In this document: piece after piece, positions 9,282 to 18,493 of the stretch
Position numbering within the stretch: the stretch's first letter is position 1
Layout: each line of letters opens with the position of its first letter
Origin: a virus
Reading direction: 5' to 3' (one strand)
DNA length: 64,000 bases
Virus record (IMG/VR): IMGVR_UViG_3300046812_000287
Span: 7,870-71,869 of that record
Notes under the pieces: generated by a model
Database searches by the model: none
What the model was told of the DNA's origin: nothing
Seen by the model: the letters and a program-made list of their open reading frames with translations, nothing else
Position numbers and translations under genes: made by a program

Positions 9282-9839
9282 ATGATAGCACTCGTGTTCG
9301 ACACCGAGACCACCGGCCTAACGAAGAATAGGACCGTCAAATTGGACCTCCAGCCGGAGATCATTGAGTTCACCGGCCTACTGGTCGACCTGAAAACAGG
9401 GAAGGCCAAGAAAACTCTTGACCTTCTAGTAAAACCCAGCAAGCCGCTCTCCGATACTCCGGCTTTCGGGGAGAAGAAGACCATCACCGATATCACCGGC
9501 ATCACCAACGCGATGCTTATGGACGCGCAATATATGGATCAGCAATTTGACTCCATCGTCAAGTTGATTGAATCAAGCCCCGTCGTCATCGCTCACAACG
9601 CCAGCTTCGACAAGGAGATGATTGATATCGAGGCCCAGCGCTTGGGCCGCGTAGTAAAGTGGCCGCGAGTGATTTGCACGGTCGAGCAGACCCTGCACCT
9701 TAAGGGCCACCGCCTGACGATGACGAAGCTTTACCAGGAGCTGTTTGGGGAAGCTTTCGCGGGCGCTCACCGCTCGCGGGCGGACGTCGAGGCGCTGGTG
9801 CGTATCTGCGTGGAGCTATTCAAGAGGGGGATCATTTGA
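9282..9839 (+). CDS. DEDDh 3'-5' exonuclease (Pol III epsilon-like)
   Basis: Exo I FDTETTG, Exo II AHNASFD, Exo III AHRSRADV. Confidence 0.9.
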   Translation: MIALVFDTETTGLTKNRTVKLDLQPEIIEFTGLLVDLKTGKAKKTLDLLVKPSKPLSDTPAFGEKKTITDITGITNAMLMDAQYMDQQFDSIVKLIESSPVVIAHNASFDKEMIDIEAQRLGRVVKWPRVICTVEQTLHLKGHRLTMTKLYQELFGEAFAGAHRSRADVEALVRICVELFKRGII

Positions 9840-12703
9840 GAATAAGAACCGGCTTCTCATTCAAAGTCGCCGTGGGCCATCTCCCCGACGTCATCTCCCG
9901 GATGCAGGAGTTGAAATGGAAGGTCGCGCCCATCAGCGACACTAACTCGACCTTTGGCTTCACGAAGTTCACCAAGCTGGCAAAGTCCGCTCAACTCCGT
10001 CCTATCTATGGGGTTGAGCTCAACGTAGCCACCAATGTGGGCCACCGCCATTCGGTCTCCGACCGCTGGACATTCTTCGCTAAGTCTTCGCTCCGACCAT
10101 TGCACGACCTAATCGGCCTCGCCACCCTTAACGGCGATAAGGAGCCGGCGCTAACCTACAAGCAGGCCTTAGCCGCGAAGGACCTAATCAAGATCAGCGG
10201 CGAACGGGTGCAAATAGAAGAAATGGGGAAACCAATGAAGGACTTCTTCATTGGTCTTTCCCCATCTCTCCCCAAAGGTCTCGCCTCCGCCGCCGCGAAG
10301 CGCGGCTTTAAGTTCTTGGCCGTCAGCGACAACGTCTATCCGCGCCGGGAGGATGAAGAGTTCTATCGCATCACCCTAGGTCGCCGCGCATCGACCCAGA
10401 CTTACCCGCAATGGATACTTTCGGACGCCGAATGGCGCGAGGCGTGTAAATATATCGCGGACAAGCCCACGCTCGCCGCCGCCTTGCGTAATCGCGACGC
10501 GGCGATGGCTCAGTGCAAGGCGACCATGAAGAAGGCCACGCTGCTAAAGCCGAAGAAGCCCAAGACCTTGCGCGCCATGTGCGTGGACGGAGCTAAGAGA
10601 ACAGGAGTTGATCTTTCAACTCCTGTTTATAAGGAACGTCTAGATCGCGAGCTAGCGCTGATCGAGGAAAAGAAGTTTGAGGACTATTTCTATGTCATCG
10701 CGGATATGGTCAACTGGGCGAAGGAGCGGATGATAGTGGGTCCTGCGCGCGGCTCCTCTTGCGGGTCTCTGGTCTGCTATCTGCTAAACATCACGACCAT
10801 CGACCCTATTCCTTACGGGTTGATCTTTGAACGGTTTATCGACACCACCCGCACCGACTTGCCTGACATCGACATCGACTTTTCCGATCAGCGCAGGCAG
10901 ATGGTGTTCGACTATGCCGAGAAGAAATATGGCGCCGATCACGTCGCCCGACTAGGAACGGTCGGAATGTTTAAGCCGCGCTCCGCTCTTAACGCAGTCG
11001 GCATGGCGCTCCAAATCCCAAGGTGGCAGGTCGAGAAGGTACTAGACGGCGTTATCGAGCGGAGTAGCGGCGACGCTCGCGCCATGTTGGCCCTAGAAGA
11101 CACCATCAATGAAACGGACGCCGGCCGGAAGATGCTGGCCGAGTTCCCGGAGGTTAAGATAGCCGGCCGGCTAGAGGGCCACCCGAACAACGCCAGCCAA
11201 CACGCGGCCGGTATCGTCATCACTGAAGAGCCCGTGGTGGAGTATGTCGCCGTCAATAAGCGAACCCGCTCCGCGATGGTCGATAAGAAGGACGCTGAGG
11301 AGCTCAACCTGCTGAAGATCGACGCGCTGGGACTTACGCAGCTGTCTATCTTCGAGCGCGCCTTGCAGTTTGTCGGGAAGCCCGACAAGTCCGGCTATTT
11401 GGAGACCTTGCCGCTAGACGATCCTGCCGCCTTTGAAGTGCTCAACAAGGGCCACTTCGCCGGCATCTTCCAATTTACCGGCGCCGCTCTCCAATCCCTT
11501 GCGAAGCAGGTAAAGATAGACAAGCTGGAGGATATGGTAGCCATCACCGCGCTCGCGCGCCCCGGTCCCCTCGCGACGGGCGGAGCTAACTCCTGGGTGA
11601 AGCGGCGCAATGGAGCGGAGGAGGTCTCCACCGTTCACCCGATGTTGACCGAGCTAACGAAGGACACCCAGGGCATCGTCATCTATCAGGAAACGGTGAT
11701 GAACATCGTCCGCGAAATGGGAAAGTTTTCTTGGGAAGACACCAGCGCTATCCGTAAGGCTATGTCAGGCCGGCTGGGAGATGAATTCTTTGAGCGCTAC
11801 CGCGTCAACTTTCTTAAGGGCGCCGCGACCCACGGTATTGACGAAGACACCGCGGATCAAGTATGGCGTCACATCAACACGATGGGCTCTTGGGCCTTTA
11901 ATAGGAGCCACGCCGTCGCCTACGGCATCGTTTCCTATTATTGTTGTTGGCTGAAGGCACACCACCCGATGGAGTTCGCGGCAGCGACGCTAGATGCGGA
12001 AGCCGACCCTACCAAGCAACTCACCTTGCTGCGTGAGCTAAAGAGCGAGGGCATCGACTACATCGCCTTCGACCTGGAGCACTCTACGGAGCGCTGGGCC
12101 ATTAACGGAGACAAGCAATTGGTTGGCCCACTCACATCTATAAAGGGCATCGGCCCAGCAGCTGTGATGGAGATATTAGACGCTCGCGCCTTGGGCAACC
12201 CTTTGCGCGAGGCACTAGCGAAGCGCCTCGCCACCGCTAAGACCAGTCTGGACACTCTCTATCCGATACGCGATAGGGTGAAGGTGCTATACCCCGACCT
12301 CTCAACAATCATTGAGTCCTCCGAGCCTCTTTCAGTAATCGACGTGCAGTGCGGGAACTTTGGACGATGGCAAAATGTCATCATCCTCGCGGTCGTCAAA
12401 AGGATAGCGCCGAGAGATGAGAATGATTCGGCCAATGTTCAAAAGCGCGAACAAGCCGGACGAAGGGGCCGGCTTAGCGGTCCGACGCAAGCGCTTAACT
12501 TATTCTTTCAGGATGACTCCGACGAAATATTCTGTAAGGTCGACCGCTTCCGGTTCGAGGAGCTGGGCCGCGCGGTGATAGAGCGCGGTCGCCCCGGCAA
12601 GTCGCTCTATGCCGTTCGAGGAACGGTGCCACCGGACTTCCGCATGATTTCCATAAATAGCATCAAGTATCTGGGCGACTTAGAGGATGAGCAACAAACA
12701 TGA
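9836..12703 (+). CDS. dnaE: DNA polymerase III alpha subunit (family C), degenerate PHP domain
   Basis: PIYGVE, GPARGSS, FERFI, catalytic DLPDIDIDF, QHAAG, LLKIDALGL, RPGP, FNRSHAVAY. Confidence 0.95.
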   Translation: MRIRTGFSFKVAVGHLPDVISRMQELKWKVAPISDTNSTFGFTKFTKLAKSAQLRPIYGVELNVATNVGHRHSVSDRWTFFAKSSLRPLHDLIGLATLNGDKEPALTYKQALAAKDLIKISGERVQIEEMGKPMKDFFIGLSPSLPKGLASAAAKRGFKFLAVSDNVYPRREDEEFYRITLGRRASTQTYPQWILSDAEWREACKYIADKPTLAAALRNRDAAMAQCKATMKKATLLKPKKPKTLRAMCVDGAKRTGVDLSTPVYKERLDRELALIEEKKFEDYFYVIADMVNWAKERMIVGPARGSSCGSLVCYLLNITTIDPIPYGLIFERFIDTTRTDLPDIDIDFSDQRRQMVFDYAEKKYGADHVARLGTVGMFKPRSALNAVGMALQIPRWQVEKVLDGVIERSSGDARAMLALEDTINETDAGRKMLAEFPEVKIAGRLEGHPNNASQHAAGIVITEEPVVEYVAVNKRTRSAMVDKKDAEELNLLKIDALGLTQLSIFERALQFVGKPDKSGYLETLPLDDPAAFEVLNKGHFAGIFQFTGAALQSLAKQVKIDKLEDMVAITALARPGPLATGGANSWVKRRNGAEEVSTVHPMLTELTKDTQGIVIYQETVMNIVREMGKFSWEDTSAIRKAMSGRLGDEFFERYRVNFLKGAATHGIDEDTADQVWRHINTMGSWAFNRSHAVAYGIVSYYCCWLKAHHPMEFAAATLDAEADPTKQLTLLRELKSEGIDYIAFDLEHSTERWAINGDKQLVGPLTSIKGIGPAAVMEILDARALGNPLREALAKRLATAKTSLDTLYPIRDRVKVLYPDLSTIIESSEPLSVIDVQCGNFGRWQNVIILAVVKRIAPRDENDSANVQKREQAGRRGRLSGPTQALNLFFQDDSDEIFCKVDRFRFEELGRAVIERGRPGKSLYAVRGTVPPDFRMISINSIKYLGDLEDEQQT

Positions 12704-12888
12704 GCGCCTACCCGTGCCCGATCTGCGGTGAGAAGTCCACGGTCCTCGCCACCCGCCTAGACCTGCGCAAGCGCCGGTGCCAGGGCTGCGCCCACGTTTT
12801 CTGGACCCAGGAGATGGAGGTTCCGAAGCCCAAGGGCAAGAGCCCGCTGACTGACAATCGAAACAAGTACGCAAGCGGGAGAAAATGA
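12700..12888 (+). CDS. Zinc-ribbon protein (NrdR/Ogr-like N-terminal ribbon)
   Basis: CPICG...VLATR...RRCQGCAHVFWTQE. Confidence 0.65.
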   Translation: MSAYPCPICGEKSTVLATRLDLRKRRCQGCAHVFWTQEMEVPKPKGKSPLTDNRNKYASGRK

Positions 12889-13160
12889 TGGAACACGGCC
12901 CCAGATGGACTATTCAGCATATGTGTAAAGAAAATTTCTTTCAATTTCACTTCCCGTTGAAGTCAGGTCCTGGGGATGTGCACTGCTACGCATGTGGCGC
13001 TCATTTAAACTTAAATTTCAGTCAAGAGAGCATTGGCGCCATCAAATTAATAGCTAAAGAGCTTAGGGAGACTGCAAGTGTTAACAGCCAGTCAGTCGTG
13101 CCTGTTCGCGTGGCTACTTTAATTGAGTACGCTGATGCCATAGAAAAATTCTGCAAATGA
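12885..13160 (+). CDS. Hypothetical protein (AT-rich, possible Zn-binding)
   Basis: ATGA coupling on both sides; HMC...CYAC. Confidence 0.5.
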   Translation: MMEHGPRWTIQHMCKENFFQFHFPLKSGPGDVHCYACGAHLNLNFSQESIGAIKLIAKELRETASVNSQSVVPVRVATLIEYADAIEKFCK

Positions 13161-13576
13161 GTGACGGCGGCCTGCGTCAGCTGTTCGCCAAGCACCTGCC
13201 GGAGGTCCACTGGCAGGGGATCGAGACCGGTGGGACCGGGCGCGGCATCCCGGACCTCAATGGCTGCGTCGGGGGAGTAGAGTTCTGGATCGAGTGTAAG
13301 CTGACTGGAGCCTGGGCCGTTACCTTTGAGATTGGCCAGGTCGCCTGGCTGGAGCGGCGGGCGCGTGCCGGGGGCCGAACCTTCGTCGCCGTCCGCCGTC
13401 ACGCCCCGTCCGGACCTAGGCGAGGAGCGGCCATAGACGCGCTCTACCTTTACCCGGGCGTGGCCGCTAGGACCTTATCCGAGAAGGGCATGGCGGGCGC
13501 CCCGGCCCTGGGAATGTGGCCCGGAGGCCCCGCCCGCTGGGACTGGGATAGGGTCAGTCTTTACCTGACCAAGTGA
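13157..13576 (+). CDS. VRR-NUC / PD-(D/E)XK nuclease (Holliday junction resolvase-like)
   Basis: IETG...GIPDL...FWIECK...QVAWL...AGG. Confidence 0.85.
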   Translation: MSDGGLRQLFAKHLPEVHWQGIETGGTGRGIPDLNGCVGGVEFWIECKLTGAWAVTFEIGQVAWLERRARAGGRTFVAVRRHAPSGPRRGAAIDALYLYPGVAARTLSEKGMAGAPALGMWPGGPARWDWDRVSLYLTK

Positions 13577-13584
13577 TTGGTTTC

Positions 13585-13644
13585 ATTGAATAATTAAATT
13601 TTCTTTCTTTTTATGTTTACTTTCCGATCATGTTCCGGCATACT
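13585..13644 (+). promoter_or_regulatory. Sigma70-like early promoter with AT-rich UP element
   Basis: TTTACT (13616-13621), 17-nt spacer, CATACT (13639-13644), preceded by an A/T tract and heading the small early-gene cluster. Confidence 0.65.
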
Positions 13645-13685
13645 TCTTGTTGCGGGCGAGACGCGCCCGGACTCAGGAGTGGAAA

Positions 13686-14033
13686 ATGTGGACTTCGACT
13701 TATTCTAATTATCAAGCCAGAAACAAGAACCGCGTTCACTTTAAGACCGCGCAGGACCGCGAAAATTTCGCAACCGACCTCCTAGAGATCATCACCGGCG
13801 AATATACCCTCTCCACCGGCGAGACGGTCCAGGGGAACGCCTTCAGCTACGTCATCCAGCATCTTAGGAATTATTCACGTAGCGGTCGCCGCTGGCGTTT
13901 GCCGGGACGTTTCTACGACCACGTCGAAGCTATCGAGGAGGCCGGTTTCAAGGTCCTTCGCGGTCGCGGCCGACGCATCTACCACGGCGGCAAGTACGGT
14001 CTCGGCGTCGAGTGCGACGTAGTCACCATCTAA
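13686..14033 (+). CDS. Hypothetical early protein
   Basis: RBS CAGGAG with ATG at 13686. Confidence 0.6.
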   Translation: MWTSTYSNYQARNKNRVHFKTAQDRENFATDLLEIITGEYTLSTGETVQGNAFSYVIQHLRNYSRSGRRWRLPGRFYDHVEAIEEAGFKVLRGRGRRIYHGGKYGLGVECDVVTI

Positions 14034-14098
14034 AGTTGATATCGCAGGCCGGCTCCTCGGAGCCGGCTCACGATACCAACCCCCTGACGGAGTGGAAA

Positions 14099-15607
14099 AT
14101 GAACTGGTCGGAACAACAAGCCGCGTTCCTGTCCTGGTGCCGCACGGGCACCGGGTCCTGCGTCCTCGAAGCGGTCGCCGGCGCGGGCAAAACTACGGTC
14201 CTCCTCGAAGCCGCGAAGATCATCCGGGGCCAGGTCGCCATGATGGCCTACAACAAGAAGATAGCCGAGGAGCTCAAGACCAAGCTGGTGAAGCTTGGTA
14301 TTGATTGGAAGAAGGCCCAGGCCGGCACCGTCCATTCCTTCGGCTTCAGCGCGTATCGTAAGGCGCGGCCGAACGTCAAGGTCGCCGAGCACAAGGTCGC
14401 GAACATCGTCGAGTGCATGTTGTTGCCGGCCCACCCGCTCGCGGTGTGGTCCGAGGCGGTCGTCACCCTGGTTAGCCTCGCGAAGCAGCGGGCGCTCGGC
14501 GTCGTCGGCTCGATGGACAGCTTCGACGAGTGGGCGGACATCGCGCAGCACTTCGACGTGTTCGACGAGGACGACGGGCCGGCGCCGCTGGCGGAGATAG
14601 TCCCGCTGTGCATCAAGGTCCTGCGCTCCTCTAACGAGGCGCTGGACGTTATCGACTTCGACGACATGGTGTACATGCCGCTGGTCCACCGGGTCAGGTT
14701 CTGGCAGTTTGACGTGGTGATGGTCGACGAGGCCCAGGACACCAACCCGGCGCGGCGCGCGCTGGTTCGCGCGCTGCTCAAGAAGGGCGGGCGGGTGATC
14801 GCCGTGGGCGACCGCCACCAGGCCATCTACGGCTTCACCGGCGCGGACGCCGACTCGCTCGACCTGATCGCGAAGGACTTCAGCTGCGTCCGGCTGCCGC
14901 TCACGATCACCTATCGCTGTCCGAAGGCCGTAGTGGCTTTTGCCCATCAGTGGGTCTCCCACATCGAGGCGGCGCCGTCCGCTCCGGAGGGCTCGGTCGC
15001 GAAGTCCACGATGGACGCCTTCCTGAAGCGCAACGACCTGGTGGCCGGGTCCGCCGTCCTGTCGCGGGTCACGAAGCCGCTGGTGGCGCTCGCGCTGACG
15101 CTGATCCGTCACCGCGTGGCGTGCCGAGTCGAGGGCCGCGACGTGGCCGCAGGCATCAAGAAGCTGATGACGCGATGGAAGGTGTCGAGCCTCGACGCGC
15201 TGGAGACCAAGTTGGAGAGTTACCTCGCGCGCGAGACCACAAAGCTCCTGGCCAAGAAGCAGGAGGCCCGGCTCCAGACGGTCGAGGACACGGTCGAGAC
15301 CGTCCGTGTCATCATCGAGCAGTGCCGGGCTGAGAAGAAGTCGACCGTGGCCGACGCGGTCGCCTACGTCGACTCCCTGTTCGCGGACAACGTCTCCGAC
15401 GTCCTGGTCCTCTCGACCATCCACAAGTCGAAGGGCCGCGAGTGGGGCCGGGTGTTCTGGCTGGACCGCGCGAATACCTGCCCGTCGAAGTGGGCGCGCC
15501 AGGAGTGGCAGGTTGAGCAGGAACGCAACATCTGCTACGTCGCCGCGACCCGCGCCCAGGAGGAGTTGATCGAGTTGGATGCCGCTACTATCAGGAGGGC
15601 TGCGTGA
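14099..15607 (+). CDS. SF1 UvrD/Rep-like helicase
   Basis: AVAGAGKTT, TVHS, DFDDM, VDEAQD, VGDRHQAIYGF, YRCP, STIHKSKGRE, YVAATRA. Confidence 0.95.
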   Translation: MNWSEQQAAFLSWCRTGTGSCVLEAVAGAGKTTVLLEAAKIIRGQVAMMAYNKKIAEELKTKLVKLGIDWKKAQAGTVHSFGFSAYRKARPNVKVAEHKVANIVECMLLPAHPLAVWSEAVVTLVSLAKQRALGVVGSMDSFDEWADIAQHFDVFDEDDGPAPLAEIVPLCIKVLRSSNEALDVIDFDDMVYMPLVHRVRFWQFDVVMVDEAQDTNPARRALVRALLKKGGRVIAVGDRHQAIYGFTGADADSLDLIAKDFSCVRLPLTITYRCPKAVVAFAHQWVSHIEAAPSAPEGSVAKSTMDAFLKRNDLVAGSAVLSRVTKPLVALALTLIRHRVACRVEGRDVAAGIKKLMTRWKVSSLDALETKLESYLARETTKLLAKKQEARLQTVEDTVETVRVIIEQCRAEKKSTVADAVAYVDSLFADNVSDVLVLSTIHKSKGREWGRVFWLDRANTCPSKWARQEWQVEQERNICYVAATRAQEELIELDAATIRRAA

Positions 15608-15849
15608 TGACCATAGTTTTTGCAGGAAGAGATGGCGTGCAAACCTACCGCGCGATCGCGCTCAAGCACGGCCTCCGGCTCTACGCCAAGACGGGGCTGA
15701 GGCCGAACCGGATGTGGACGCCAAGCGCCATGCTGTTGGCTGCGGCCGAATTCACAGGAAAGAAGTACCGACGCGGGGAATATGAGCGTGCGGCTTCGGA
15801 CCTGGGCGCCTGGCTCGCTAACTTTGGAACAACTGGAGATGAACGATGA
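15604..15849 (+). CDS. Hypothetical early protein
   Basis: Coupled ORF in the early cluster. Confidence 0.6.
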   Translation: MMTIVFAGRDGVQTYRAIALKHGLRLYAKTGLRPNRMWTPSAMLLAAAEFTGKKYRRGEYERAASDLGAWLANFGTTGDER

Positions 15850-15982
15850 CCAAGTCTGACCGAGTGACTACCATCCTCCGCTCCCGCCTTCGTGAGCGGG
15901 CGCGGAGGACCGAGGCTCTGGTGGCCGCCGCGCTGGTCGCGGCCAACGTGGCGATGGTCGCGGCCATCGTGATGGTGCTGTC

Positions 15983-16183
15983 GTGAAGAGCGAGCTGAAC
16001 CTTCCATGGAAGGTCGTTACCAACCACACCGGCAAGATAGCTATTGTCGACTGCACTAACGACGGGGTGAGCACGACCAGCGGTCGAGTCCTGAACCTTG
16101 CGCAAGGCAAGGACAGCAAGGGCCTGAGGATCGCGCAGCACATATGTAACGTCGTGAATGCGTTTCATGGAGAAGTGACATGA
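15983..16183 (+). CDS. Hypothetical early protein
   Basis: GTGA/ATGA coupling. Confidence 0.5.
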   Translation: MKSELNLPWKVVTNHTGKIAIVDCTNDGVSTTSGRVLNLAQGKDSKGLRIAQHICNVVNAFHGEVT

Positions 16184-16368
16184 CACCAGACATCATAATT
16201 TTTATCGTGTCTGAGACCCTGAGCGACAAATCAGAAGTCTTCAACGTCTTGATTGGTGACGTGAAGCTCGCGGCCGTCAGCGAGGACGAAGCCGGGAGGT
16301 TGGCGGAGGGCATCGCCTCGCTGATTAACGACCACACTACGAATACAGCTGACGTGGTGTATGAATGA
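16180..16368 (+). CDS. Hypothetical acidic early protein
   Basis: RBS GGAG; coupled to neighbours. Confidence 0.55.
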   Translation: MTPDIIIFIVSETLSDKSEVFNVLIGDVKLAAVSEDEAGRLAEGIASLINDHTTNTADVVYE

Positions 16369-16535
16369 CGCACCTCCACTGGCTCTACACCAAGGGCGCG
16401 AAGGCGCTGGAGGGCGTGACCGTCGCCATCGCGCTCTGCAGCAAGACCGAGCTGCGGGTCGGCGACGTAACGACCGACAAGTCGGACGCGACGTGCCCGC
16501 GCTGTCTCTCACTCTCTAAGGAGGATGTGACATGA
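16365..16535 (+). CDS. Small Zn-finger-like protein (56 aa, not in ORF track)
   Basis: MTHLHW...ALC...TCPRC; ATGA overlaps at both ends. Confidence 0.55.
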   Translation: MTHLHWLYTKGAKALEGVTVAIALCSKTELRVGDVTTDKSDATCPRCLSLSKEDVT

Positions 16536-16885
16536 CTAAGCTCATCATTCCGTTGCTTAGCGGGGAAACATGGGAAGTGGAAGCGGAGATAGTAGGAGAC
16601 CTAGCGCTTCATCGTCACCGGTTGAAGCCAAAGGAATGGTCGATCACTCATGTTCCGACCCTGATGAGTTTCAATAAGGTCGTACCACCAGAGTTGACGG
16701 CCAACCTAGGTCAGAAGCTCCAGCGGACCCAATTACTCGTCTGGATGAAGAAGGTCCAGGAAGGCCTACTCAAGGACTGGCTAGCCATGCGTAAGTTCAC
16801 CGCTCAGGATGTTAAGGATCACCCCGAGCACACCGTAAAGGTCCGCGAACGGATCAGGAAACACTGTCTAGAAAGGAAACTATGA
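16532..16885 (+). CDS. Hypothetical early protein
   Basis: RBS AAGGAGG; WSITHVPT motif. Confidence 0.6.
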   Translation: MTKLIIPLLSGETWEVEAEIVGDLALHRHRLKPKEWSITHVPTLMSFNKVVPPELTANLGQKLQRTQLLVWMKKVQEGLLKDWLAMRKFTAQDVKDHPEHTVKVRERIRKHCLERKL

Positions 16886-17238
16886 TGTCCAAGCTCTATG
16901 ATGTTACCATCCGCCTTCCCGCCCACAAGCTCTCGGTCGTGATCGAAACGCTCAACGGGGAGGGAGACCTGCTCTCAATCGAGCAGGTCGCGGAGGAGAA
17001 GAAGCGCAAGCGCGTCGTCACCCACCGCGTAGACACCCGTGGGAAGACCACCGGAGAGCAGATGATTATTGGGTGCCTCGTCGGAGGTCGCGATGTTACC
17101 AAAGACGAGTTAATCAGCGTTTATAAGAAGAACGGCCTGTCGGCCAAGAGCGTCAGCCCGGCCATCTCGCGGCTCATCAAGAACGGGCGAGTGGTTCAAG
17201 TGCGCAAGCACGTGTACAAGATCGCGCCGAAGTCGTGA
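16882..17238 (+). CDS. Putative winged-helix DNA-binding protein
   Basis: C-terminal GLSAKSVSPAISRLIKNGRV...YKI. Confidence 0.55.
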   Translation: MMSKLYDVTIRLPAHKLSVVIETLNGEGDLLSIEQVAEEKKRKRVVTHRVDTRGKTTGEQMIIGCLVGGRDVTKDELISVYKKNGLSAKSVSPAISRLIKNGRVVQVRKHVYKIAPKS

Positions 17239-17426
17239 GCAGGAGCCTCAGGTGCCCGAACGACCCGGAGCTATTCGGGGAACACACGTGGATGTTCGGC
17301 AGCAATGACGAGCCGCAGAGGGACGACCCTACGCACTGCGATAAGTGCGGAGCCGCGCTGATCGATGGCCGTGAGTGGCAGCGACGAAGGGCGCTGATTA
17401 AGTCGCGAGGAGAGGAGCTGACGTGA
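17235..17426 (+). CDS. Small Cys/His protein
   Basis: C...H...CDKC; coupled ORF. Confidence 0.5.
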   Translation: MSRSLRCPNDPELFGEHTWMFGSNDEPQRDDPTHCDKCGAALIDGREWQRRRALIKSRGEELT

Positions 17427-17488
17427 CCCAGCGCGACCGACCGGGAGAACGACGACCAACCTACCATGACACAGAGGAGTGGACCAAC

Positions 17489-18076
17489 ATGATGACTTTA
17501 ACAACCAACACACGAGGATCGACTCAGATGGCCAAGGACTTCACGACTATGACCGGGCCGGCCCTGGTCTCCGCCTACAACGAAATGGCCAACAGCGCTC
17601 TCGGCAAGGAACTCGGCGCTAAGCCAGTGACGCGTTTTTCCGACCAGCCGGCCGGGGTGAAACGATGTTTAACACTTGCCTCTTCGATAAAAGCCAGGCA
17701 AGAAGGGTTGGCAGCTATCAAACCAACTGTCGTGGAGGATACAGAAGTGACCACCAAGGCGAAGAAGGTTAAGAAGGTGAACGGCGTCAGCAAGACGAGC
17801 GCTAGCGCCAACAAGCGTGCAGCGGAGTTCGGTGCGCGACCGGGGACAGTGCGGGAGAAAATCCTGATCGCACTGGACGACAACTATCGGAAGATGGTTC
17901 CGCTCAAGACCCTGCTGAAGGCGGCTTATGGCCGGGTCGACGACGAAGACAAGGGCGCCCTGTCCATGAGCCTGAAGGGCGCGAACGACACCATCAAGAA
18001 GGGGAAACTGCCCTACCAGATCAAGAAGGCGAAGGACGAGGCTAAAGAGATCAGTTATGGCCTCTATCCGGCATAA
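17489..18076 (+). CDS. Basic, putative DNA-binding protein
   Basis: Lys-rich; RBS GAGGAG before 17489 (alternative start 17528). Confidence 0.55.
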   Translation: MMTLTTNTRGSTQMAKDFTTMTGPALVSAYNEMANSALGKELGAKPVTRFSDQPAGVKRCLTLASSIKARQEGLAAIKPTVVEDTEVTTKAKKVKKVNGVSKTSASANKRAAEFGARPGTVREKILIALDDNYRKMVPLKTLLKAAYGRVDDEDKGALSMSLKGANDTIKKGKLPYQIKKAKDEAKEISYGLYPA

Positions 18077-18314
18077 GTATTCTCCGACCGAGCAGCGCCT
18101 ACGGGCGCTGCTTCGCCCGGAGCCGAAGACCACCGAGGAGATTTCACGGCTGCTCTATCGCAACCGTGAAGCCCCCTACCACGCGAGGAAGTCCGCGCTG
18201 GTCGCTCTGACGTCCCTGGCCGACAAGCTCGACCTAAACCGCGACCCGCTGCGGTTGGCCCGGACCGAGCGCGCCGGACCGTACCCGATAAGCTTCTGGC
18301 TGGAGAGGCGGTGA
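18057..18314 (+). CDS. Putative winged-helix DNA-binding protein
   Basis: SPTEQRL..LL...TTEEISRLLY helix-turn-helix-like pattern. Confidence 0.5.
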   Translation: MASIRHKYSPTEQRLRALLRPEPKTTEEISRLLYRNREAPYHARKSALVALTSLADKLDLNRDPLRLARTERAGPYPISFWLERR

Positions 18315-18493
18315 CGTATGGCACGAGCAAGCGTTAAGCTTATACACTATAGCTTGACCGGAAAGCTACGATGGAGCGGTCGCGTACTCGAACAAGAGTA
18401 TAAGTGTGAGGTGACTGAGACGGATGAGATAGCATGTGAAAGCAGGATCATCAGCGAGACCATCAAGTGGATCGCAGTTCCGGAGAAGGACTG

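Noticed and set aside
14030-15424. 464-aa minus-strand ORF and similar long antisense ORFs (25060..26157, 35782..36813, 53188..54036, 54496..55422, 57135..57830)
   Set aside because: Shadow frames of well-supported genes in GC-rich DNA, with no motifs or RBS
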